From: Candidatus Gastranaerophilales bacterium
Lineage (GTDB): Bacteria; Cyanobacteriota; Vampirovibrionia; Gastranaerophilales; Gastranaerophilaceae
Length of the DNA stretch: 32,411 nucleotides
Reading direction: 5' to 3'
Assembly: GCA_021201175.1 (NCBI GenBank)
Contig: JAJQFK010000225.1
Location: 1-32,411 of the forward strand
The position numbers and the translations under genes were made by a program. Shown here piece by piece: positions 24,951-32,411 of this stretch. Every line of letters begins with the position of its first letter. Position 1 is the stretch's first letter. A model generated the notes under the pieces. The model ran no database searches and had not been told where the DNA came from. It saw only the letters and a list, made by a program, of their open reading frames with translations.

Positions 24951-26669
24951 CTACGATACCAAAATTGAATTTCTTACTGTTTCATTGAAGATTATTCTTC
25001 CGACAGTTGTTTCTATTCTTTCACCGTGTTCATCACGAACTACAATTCTGTCATGAAGTTTTATTACACCGTTCTCATGTGCGGCAATAGCATCTTCAAA
25101 ACTATAGAAATATTTCATCTGGCTATCTTCTTTATCATCATTTAAAAGTGTCAGGTAATACATACCTAATACCATATCCTGTGAAGCGGCAATGATAGGT
25201 TTACCTGTTGCCGGCGCCAAAATATTATTTGTTGCAAGCATTAACATTCTTGCTTCTGCTTGTGCTTCGATTGATAAAGGTACGTGAACCGCCATCTGGT
25301 CACCGTCAAAGTCCGCATTGAAAGCTGTACATACTAACGGATGAAGTTGTATAGCACGTCCTTCAACCAATACAGGTTCAAATGCCTGAATTCCCAGTCT
25401 GTGAAGGGTAGGAGCACGGTTTAATAATACCGGATGTCCGTCGATAACTTCCTCAAGTATATCCCATACTACAGGCTCTGACCTTTCAATTTTCTTCTTC
25501 GCAGATTTTATATTTTGAACAAATCCTCTTTCTATCAATTTGTTTACTACGAAAGGTTTGAACAGTTCTATTGCCATTTCCTTGGGTAAACCGCACTGAT
25601 TTAATTTCAATTTAGGACCTACTACAATAACGGAACGTCCGGAATAATCAACACGTTTACCTAACAAATTTTGTCTGAAACGTCCTTGTTTACCTTCTAT
25701 AATATTACTTAAAGATTTTAACGGTCTATTGCTCGGGCCTACTACGGTTCTCCCGCGTCTGCCGTTATCTATTAGCGAATCCACTGCTTCTTGAAGCATA
25801 CGTTTTTCGTTTCTTACGATAATTTCCGGCGCACCCATTTCTAATAAACGTAACAGACGATTATTTCTGTTTATAACACGTCTATATAAGTCATTTAAAT
25901 CTGATGTGGCAAATCTTCCGCCGTCTAACTGAACCATAGGTCTTAAATCAGGCGGTGTAACGGGCAATACATCCATTACCATCCACGTTGGTTCTGTATT
26001 ACTTTCAATTAAAGATTCTACTAATCTTAATCTTTTAATTAATTTAGCTTTTCTTTGAATGCTGCCTGAAAGTCCTGACAATTCGCCTCTTATTGACTCT
26101 GCCATTTCTTGCAATGAAATTTCGCCTAAGAGTTCTTTTATTGCTTCTGCACCGATTCCAACTTTTAATTGTGAATCTTCATTTTCAAGCATAAAATCTT
26201 CATATTCTTCTTCCGAAAGCAATTGTAACTTCCTGAATTCAGAATCAGCCGGATCAATTACAACATAGTTATTAAAATAAATAACCTGCTCTAAGTCTTT
26301 TAAAGTCATGTCCAAAAGCAATCCCAAATAACTTGGTATTCCTTTTAAAAACCAAATGTGACTTACAGGAGCAGCTAATTTTATATGCCCCATTCTGTGA
26401 CGTCTTACTTTTGAATCAGTAACTTCAACACCGCATCTTTCACAGATAATACCTTTGTGTCTTACTCTTTTATATTTACCGCAATAGCATTCCCAATCCT
26501 TTGTAGGTCCAAAGATTCTTTCGCAAAATAATCCGTCCCTTTCAGGTTTCAATGTACGATAGTTTATTGTTTCCGGTTTCGTTACTTCACCGTATGACCA
26601 TTTTAGTATACGCTCCGGCGAAGCAATACTGATTCTTATATAATCAAAATAATCTATACTTGTAGACAA
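24951..26669 (-). CDS. rpoC1: DNA-directed RNA polymerase subunit gamma (N-terminal half of beta', RpoC1)
   Basis: 572 aa. [25 protein letters not shown], zinc-finger cysteines, and the catalytic [15 protein letters not shown] start at 26669 with an AAGGAG RBS 7 nt upstream. Stops 107 nt before the rpoC2 start. Confidence 0.95.
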   Translation of the reverse strand: MSTSIDYFDYIRISIASPERILKWSYGEVTKPETINYRTLKPERDGLFCERIFGPTKDWECYCGKYKRVRHKGIICERCGVEVTDSKVRRHRMGHIKLAAPVSHIWFLKGIPSYLGLLLDMTLKDLEQVIYFNNYVVIDPADSEFRKLQLLSEEEYEDFMLENEDSQLKVGIGAEAIKELLGEISLQEMAESIRGELSGLSGSIQRKAKLIKRLRLVESLIESNTEPTWMVMDVLPVTPPDLRPMVQLDGGRFATSDLNDLYRRVINRNNRLLRLLEMGAPEIIVRNEKRMLQEAVDSLIDNGRRGRTVVGPSNRPLKSLSNIIEGKQGRFRQNLLGKRVDYSGRSVIVVGPKLKLNQCGLPKEMAIELFKPFVVNKLIERGFVQNIKSAKKKIERSEPVVWDILEEVIDGHPVLLNRAPTLHRLGIQAFEPVLVEGRAIQLHPLVCTAFNADFDGDQMAVHVPLSIEAQAEARMLMLATNNILAPATGKPIIAASQDMVLGMYYLTLLNDDKEDSQMKYFYSFEDAIAAHENGVIKLHDRIVVRDEHGERIETTVGRIIFNETVRNSILVS

Positions 26670-26727
26670 TTTTTATCTCCTTTAATTTATTTATTTTGTG
26701 CTTTATAAATTACAATCTTACAGCACT

Positions 26728-29700
26728 TTATTCCTTATACGAACTTGGAGTTTCTAAAAAGTTTATATTTAACAATTCAGAATCAATATCGGAAAGGATT
26801 CTTTTTGGCGCTGCCTTTCTTAAATCATCTGTATCTGACATTAAATCAACTTCTTCTCCGCTCTTTTTAGATACCGAAATATCCAAACCAATACTCTGTA
26901 ATTCTCTTACAAGTACTTTAAAGGATTCCGGAATTCCCGGTCTTGGAATGTTATCACCTTTTACAATTGCTTCATAAGCTCTTGAACGTCCGTTAACATC
27001 ATCAGATTTTATTGTCAACATTTCCTGTAATGTATATGCGGCGCCATAAGCTTCTAAAGCCCAAACTTCCATTTCTCCGAATCTCTGTCCGCCAAACTGT
27101 GCCTTTCCGCCTAAAGGCTGCTGGGTAACTAATGAGTATGGACCTGTACTTCTTGCGTGAATTTTATCATCTACAAGGTGAACAAGTTTTAAGAAGTATG
27201 TAATACCTACAGAAACCGGTCTGTCGAACGGTTCGCCGGTTCTTCCGTCATATAATGTAACTTTTCCGTCCTCTTGAACCCAATCACATCCTGATTCTTT
27301 TATACCTCTTAACAACTCATATTTTGTTGAAATCTCGGACTTGTTTTCTCCGTACATTTCATCAAAAGAAGGAGCTTCATAATAATCACCTGTTAAGTAT
27401 GATGCTAAACCTAATAAACATTCATATGTCTGACCAACATTCATACGAGATGGCACACCCAGAGGATTAAGTACTATATCAACAGGTGTTCCGTCCGGCA
27501 AGAACGGCATATCTTCTTTTGGAAGTATTCTTGAAACAATACCTTTATTACCGTGTCTGCCGGCAAGTTTATCACCGACCGATACTTTACGTTTTTGAGC
27601 GATGTAAACTTTAATAAGTGTATTTGCCCCCGGCAATAATTCATCGCCTTTTTCTCTGTCAAATACCTTAACATCGACTACACGACCGCCTTCTCCGTGA
27701 GGTACTCTTAACGAGTTATCTTTTACATCTCTTGCTTTTTCTGCAAATATAGCTCTTAAAAGTTTTTCTTCGGGAGGGTGTTCCGATTCGCCTTTTGGTG
27801 TTACTTTCCCTACTAATATATCATCAGCATAAACTCTTGCACCGATTCTTACAATACCTCTTTCATCAAGATGTCTTAATGCATCCTCGGATACATTCGG
27901 GACTTCTCTTGTAATTTCTTCCGCCCCGAGTTTTGTTTGTCTTGCTTCTATTTCTAATTTTTCTATGTGCAGTGATGTAAATACATCATCATATACACAT
28001 CTTTCACTCAGAAGAATAGCATCTTCAAAGTTATATCCTTCCCATGGCATATATGCAACCAGAACATTTTTACCCAACGAAAGTTCTCCGAAGTGAGTTG
28101 AAGCACCATCGGCAATAACATCACCGGCTTTTACTTCATCACCTTCACTAACTATCGGTTTCTGGTTAATACAAGTATCCTGATTACTTCTTACATATTT
28201 CATCAACTGATATTTGTGCAATTTACCGGCTTTATCTTTTATCCAAATTTCTTCGCCGACAACTTTTTCAACAGTTCCGTCAATATCAGAAACTACAACC
28301 ATACAAGAATCTTTTGCAGCTCTTTTTTCCAGCCCTGTTGCAACTACCGGTCTATCCGTAATTAATAGAGGAACTGCCTGACGCTGCATGTTTGAGCCCA
28401 TCAATGCACGGTTCGCGTCATCGTGTTCAATAAACGGAATTACTGATGTAGCAACTGAAATAACCTGTATCGGAGAAACCCCCATATAGTCTACACGTTT
28501 TGATTCGCTCATTGTAAACTCTGATTTATAACGAATAGGTACATATTGCGATTTAATGCTTCTATCCTCATTTAATGTCAAATCAGAAGGAGCTACACGG
28601 AAATTTTCTTCTTCATCGGCACTCATATAATGTACTTCATTAGTTACAACCCCGTCTTTTACAAGGAAGTATGGAGTTTCAATGAATCCGTAATCATTAA
28701 CTCTTGCGTGAGTAGCTAATGAACCTATCAAACCTGCGTTAGGACCTTCCGGTGTTTCTATCGGACAAATTCTTCCGTAATGCGACGGGTGAATATCACG
28801 AACTGCGAATCCCGCTCTTTCTCTTACTAACCCTCCGGGACCTAAAGCTGATATACGTCTTTTATGTGTTAATTCAGCAAGCGGATTTACTTGATCCATG
28901 AACTGTGATAATTGAGAAGAACCAAAAAACTCTTTTAAAGAAGCTATTAAAGGCTTTGTATTTAATAAGTTTAATGGTGTTAAAGTTTCTGAATTCTGGA
29001 GTGTCATTCTTTCTTTAACAATTCTTTCAATTCTGGATAAACCTACTCTGAATTGATTTTGTAATAATTCTCCGACCGAACGGATTCTTCTGTTACCCAA
29101 ATGGTCTATATCATCACAACTTCCTTCATCGTATGTCAGATTAATTAAATACTCAACAGCGGCAACTAAATCCTGAATTGTAAGAGTTCTTTGCGTTTCT
29201 GCAACATTCAGGTTTAATTTTTTGTTTAATTTATAACGTCCAACCCTGCCGATATCATATTTTTTATCATCAAAAAATCTTGATTCTATAATTGAGCGCC
29301 CGCCTGCGGCAGAAGCCGGATCTCCGGGTCTTAATTTCTTATACACTTCAATTAAAGCGTCATCCGTTGTTTCGGCAGTATCTTTTTCTAACGTCTTTTT
29401 CAAGAACTCAAAATGAGTAAATAATGTTTCCATTTCGGATACTGTTATACCGAGCGCTTTTAATAAAGTTGTAGCCAGAATTTTTCTGTTTTTATCTATC
29501 TTTATATATATTACATCATTAGCGTCTGTTTCTATTTTTAACCATGCACCTCTATTAGGAATCAAAGTTGCATTAAATAAACGTTTACCGGTAGGGGAAA
29601 TTTCACGTTTAAAATATATCCCCGGAGAACGTACAATCTGTGATACAACAACACGTTCCGCACCGTTTACAATAAAAGTACCCTTATTTGTCATTGTCGG

Positions 29701-30042
29701 GATATCGCCGATATAAACTTCTTGCTCTTTTATTTCACCTGTATCTCTGTTTATTAAACGAGCCATAACACGCAACTGTTTTGCATAAGTTGCATCATGG
29801 ATTCTTGCTTCTTCCAAAGAATATTTTGGATTATCAAATGTATAATTCGGCAGAAAATGCAGTTCCAATCTGCCTGTATAGTCTTTAATCGGAGAATACG
29901 AAAGGAATTCTTCTTTTAAACCCTCTTTTAAAAACCATTCAAACGACTTTTTCTGAATTTCGATTAAATCCGGAAGATCATCAAGCCTTGTTTTTGGCAT
30001 TCCCATCGGAGTTACTCTTTCAGAATATTTTTTCTTTGACAT
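26728..30042 (-). CDS. rpoB: DNA-directed RNA polymerase subunit beta
   Basis: 1104 aa. Conserved blocks ...[15 protein letters not shown]..., ...LGPGGL...[21 protein letters not shown]..., and ...[13 protein letters not shown].... GAGGTG RBS. Confidence 0.95.
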   Translation of the reverse strand: MSKKKYSERVTPMGMPKTRLDDLPDLIEIQKKSFEWFLKEGLKEEFLSYSPIKDYTGRLELHFLPNYTFDNPKYSLEEARIHDATYAKQLRVMARLINRDTGEIKEQEVYIGDIPTMTNKGTFIVNGAERVVVSQIVRSPGIYFKREISPTGKRLFNATLIPNRGAWLKIETDANDVIYIKIDKNRKILATTLLKALGITVSEMETLFTHFEFLKKTLEKDTAETTDDALIEVYKKLRPGDPASAAGGRSIIESRFFDDKKYDIGRVGRYKLNKKLNLNVAETQRTLTIQDLVAAVEYLINLTYDEGSCDDIDHLGNRRIRSVGELLQNQFRVGLSRIERIVKERMTLQNSETLTPLNLLNTKPLIASLKEFFGSSQLSQFMDQVNPLAELTHKRRISALGPGGLVRERAGFAVRDIHPSHYGRICPIETPEGPNAGLIGSLATHARVNDYGFIETPYFLVKDGVVTNEVHYMSADEEENFRVAPSDLTLNEDRSIKSQYVPIRYKSEFTMSESKRVDYMGVSPIQVISVATSVIPFIEHDDANRALMGSNMQRQAVPLLITDRPVVATGLEKRAAKDSCMVVVSDIDGTVEKVVGEEIWIKDKAGKLHKYQLMKYVRSNQDTCINQKPIVSEGDEVKAGDVIADGASTHFGELSLGKNVLVAYMPWEGYNFEDAILLSERCVYDDVFTSLHIEKLEIEARQTKLGAEEITREVPNVSEDALRHLDERGIVRIGARVYADDILVGKVTPKGESEHPPEEKLLRAIFAEKARDVKDNSLRVPHGEGGRVVDVKVFDREKGDELLPGANTLIKVYIAQKRKVSVGDKLAGRHGNKGIVSRILPKEDMPFLPDGTPVDIVLNPLGVPSRMNVGQTYECLLGLASYLTGDYYEAPSFDEMYGENKSEISTKYELLRGIKESGCDWVQEDGKVTLYDGRTGEPFDRPVSVGITYFLKLVHLVDDKIHARSTGPYSLVTQQPLGGKAQFGGQRFGEMEVWALEAYGAAYTLQEMLTIKSDDVNGRSRAYEAIVKGDNIPRPGIPESFKVLVRELQSIGLDISVSKKSGEEVDLMSDTDDLRKAAPKRILSDIDSELLNINFLETPSSYKE

Positions 30043-30130
30043 TCATTCACCTCTCATTATGTGGTGTACTACAACAATTTATAAAATTATTATTAATTTT
30101 CAGACTAAAGGCACATAGAGCCATTATAAA

Positions 30131-30158
30131 ATGATACTTGCTAAAACATGTCAGTCAA
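30131..30158 (-). promoter_or_regulatory. candidate sigma70-type promoter for rpoB
   Basis: On the minus strand: TTGACT (plus-strand 30153-30158), a 16-nt spacer, then TATCAT (30131-30136), ~90 nt upstream of the rpoB ATG. Confidence 0.3.
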
Positions 30159-30365
30159 GAAAAATAGGGATTTAATAAAAAATTATTAAACAATTGTTAA
30201 CATTTTTTCGTTACAATATATAAAAAATCATCAAAAAGCTTGTCACTGCTATCATACCCTGTCAAGCCCCGAATTATCCGATAAATTTTCTCGGGCAACT
30301 TTTATTTTTAATATGTTTTTATATATATAATCGTATATATTAGGTATTAATGAAAGAGAGAGCAC

Positions 30366-32411
30366 ATGAAAAAATTATTAAGCACTGCAATAGCAGCAGG
30401 ATTGTTTATATCAATGAATGTTTCTCCTGCTTGTGCACAACAAGTTTTAAACAGTGCAACTAACGGATCAGTAGATTTCAATGGCAACTATACAAATGAA
30501 AAAGTAATTGGCGGCAATGGTACTACAGGTACTTTCATCTGGGATAAATTTGATGTTGAATCTAATGAAACTTTTAACATTGAATTTACAAATCACAACC
30601 AAACAGCATTAAACTTAGTAAATGCTTCAGGCGGTATGTCGCATATTTATGGCAATATTACAAATTCCGGATGTTCCGGGTGCGGTTATGCCGATACAGG
30701 TAAAGTAATATTAATTAATCCTAACGGCGTATTATTCGGTAATGGTGCAAATGTTAATTTGAATTCATTTACCGTTTCAACGCTGGATGGTTCATATGAT
30801 TCAGAAAACAAACAACTAGTTTTAGAAAAAGGCTCAAATTCAAAGGCAGGTATTTATGTTATGGATGGAGCAAATATATACGGTGATAAAAATGTTACTT
30901 TTGCTTCAAATAATATTACTCAATATTCCGGCTCAAAAATATCAACTAACATAGATCCAAATGTAGGAAGTGATTCATACGGCAAGGTAAAATTAGTTAC
31001 TACAGACGGGGTTACATTTACCTATTATAATAATGGAGCAGTAAGAAATGTTTCAGATATAACAACATCAACCGATAAAATGGTAATACAATTAAACGGG
31101 GAAATAAATTCCGGACATATAGACGTAAGAAACTATTCAACTGATACGGATAGCGAAATTAATTTAAAAGGTGCAACATTAAAGGCAACAAAAGCTGTAT
31201 CAGGAAATGACGGTAATATCTGGTTAACTGCCTCTAATAAAGTTGTTATAGAAGATTCAACCCTTAAATCCGAAGGAACTACAAATATGGGGTATTCAAC
31301 TGCTACTTCTCTTGATGGCAATAGTACTGTAAGTATTGGGATATCTTCAATGTACCCTATAGCTTCCGGAGGAATAAAAATAGCTGCGGGAAATGAAGTA
31401 TCTATAGATTCAAGTACATTAAAAACCGGAGGAAATAGTATAAATATATCATCAAAAAATAGTGATGTCATAATCGATAATACATCCGTTGATACACAAG
31501 GCAATACTCTTGGTCTTGTCGGCGACAGATATGGTTATAGTGATTTAACAATAGCGGCAGGAGGAATAGCATCAATACAAAACGGTTCAACAATTCAAAG
31601 CGGAGATACAACCATAACCGGCGGAAAACGAACTCAAGTTGTAGATTCAACAGTAATAACTGATGGAATTGATATGACCGGAGAAAACATCTGGATATCG
31701 GATTCAAACATACAAGCATATGGCGCTTCTATAAATGCAGAAGCAACAAATGGCAATTTATTAGCTCAAAATTCATATTTAGCAAGCGGCGTACATGTTT
31801 ACCCGTATCATGACACAACAAAATCCATAACTTTAAAAGCATCAGGCGATTTAACAACAGAAGGACTAAATGTAAGCAATTCACAAACAAATTTATATTC
31901 CGGCAATAATATTAATGCAGAACTTTCAAACGTTGCAAACAAAGATGCCGGGCTTGTTGCAGAAGCTCAAAATAATGTAACAATCACAACTGACGGAACA
32001 TTATCAGTATCAAAATTAGTTGCTAAAAATGGTAATATGACAATAAATGCAGATAAAGTAATTGCAGGACTTCCATATACAGATGAAGAAAAAATATCAG
32101 GAGATGACAGTGAACGTTCATACATTTATGTAGCAAACGGAACATTTACATCAAATACAACAAGTGACAGCTACGAAGTAACGGCATCTGATACTGCAAC
32201 AACTGACGGCAATTATCAAATGAGGCATCATATTCAATACGGTGACGGCGAGGAAAAGATTTTATTAATAACCAAAATACCTAATGAAACACAAGATAAA
32301 ACTCAAAGTGCCGATACACCCCAAAAAAGTAATACACAATTAACAATGTTCGATGAAGACCAATCAAAAATGTTAAATAAATTACCAAGAAGACCTGAAT
32401 CATATAATAAC
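30366..32411 (+). CDS. filamentous haemagglutinin-like exoprotein (TpsA-type; N-terminal TPS secretion domain plus beta-helix repeats), 3'-truncated by the window edge
   Basis: Not in the ORF track because it has no stop inside the window. ATG at 30366, and I read the frame as open for 682 codons to the window end. Signal peptide MKKLLSTAIAAGLFISMNVSPACA. TPS-domain motifs ...FNIEF...ALNLVNASGGMSHIYGNI...GKVILINPNGVLFGNGANVNLNSFTVSTLDG, followed by long G/N/T/S-rich beta-helix-like repeats. Confidence 0.8.
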   Translation, partial: MKKLLSTAIAAGLFISMNVSPACAQQVLNSATNGSVDFNGNYTNEKVIGGNGTTGTFIWDKFDVESNETFNIEFTNHNQTALNLVNASGGMSHIYGNITNSGCSGCGYADTGKVILINPNGVLFGNGANVNLNSFTVSTLDGSYDSENKQLVLEKGSNSKAGIYVMDGANIYGDKNVTFASNNITQYSGSKISTNIDPNVGSDSYGKVKLVTTDGVTFTYYNNGAVRNVSDITTSTDKMVIQLNGEINSGHIDVRNYSTDTDSEINLKGATLKATKAVSGNDGNIWLTASNKVVIEDSTLKSEGTTNMGYSTATSLDGNSTVSIGISSMYPIASGGIKIAAGNEVSIDSSTLKTGGNSINISSKNSDVIIDNTSVDTQGNTLGLVGDRYGYSDLTIAAGGIASIQNGSTIQSGDTTITGGKRTQVVDSTVITDGIDMTGENIWISDSNIQAYGASINAEATNGNLLAQNSYLASGVHVYPYHDTTKSITLKASGDLTTEGLNVSNSQTNLYSGNNINAELSNVANKDAGLVAEAQNNVTITTDGTLSVSKLVAKNGNMTINADKVIAGLPYTDEEKISGDDSERSYIYVANGTFTSNTTSDSYEVTASDTATTDGNYQMRHHIQYGDGEEKILLITKIPNETQDKTQSADTPQKSNTQLTMFDEDQSKMLNKLPRRPESYNN

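Noticed and set aside
30355-30362. (AG)4 dinucleotide repeat just upstream of the haemagglutinin ATG as a phase-variation tract
   Set aside because: Four units is too short for efficient slippage. It is more simply the purine-rich ribosome-binding site.

Overview
AT-rich bacterial chromosomal window (roughly one-third GC by eye), densely coding with short intergenic gaps. Lineage clue: the RNA polymerase beta' subunit is split into rpoC1 (572 aa) and rpoC2 (1283 aa, with a ~650-aa trigger-loop insertion). This cyanobacterial arrangement sits in the same window as a flagellar operon and LPS (kdsC/kdsD) genes, which fits a non-photosynthetic cyanobacterial relative (Melainabacteria/Vampirovibrionia-like); this is inference only. 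Content, left to right: (1) the 3' end of a DUF1566/C-type-lectin-like surface protein with a strongly GC-/NNC-codon-rich tail; (2) a promoter plus two tiny coupled ORFs; (3) a ~10.4 kb minus-strand flagellar core operon, flgF-flgG-flgB-flgC-SLT-fliE-fliF-(divergent FliG-like)-fliH-flhA-fliI; (4) a SpoIID-domain gene, two orphan genes and leuB; (5) a GC-rich intergenic island of short palindromic repeats; (6) a pilin-like gene with a C9 tract in its leader, then gltX, kdsC and kdsD; (7) a polytopic membrane protein with two DUF1566-like modules; (8) rpoC2-rpoC1-rpoB; (9) the 5' part of a filamentous-haemagglutinin (TPS-domain) exoprotein running off the right edge. I see no CRISPR array, tRNA/rRNA gene, transposase, reverse transcriptase or recognisable defence operon. 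The items most worth follow-up are the possible DGR-type variable region at 270-413, the non-canonical protein in the fliG slot, the palindromic repeat island at 14.69-14.95 kb and the poly-C tract in the pilin-like gene. All protein calls come from reading motifs by eye; no searches were run.
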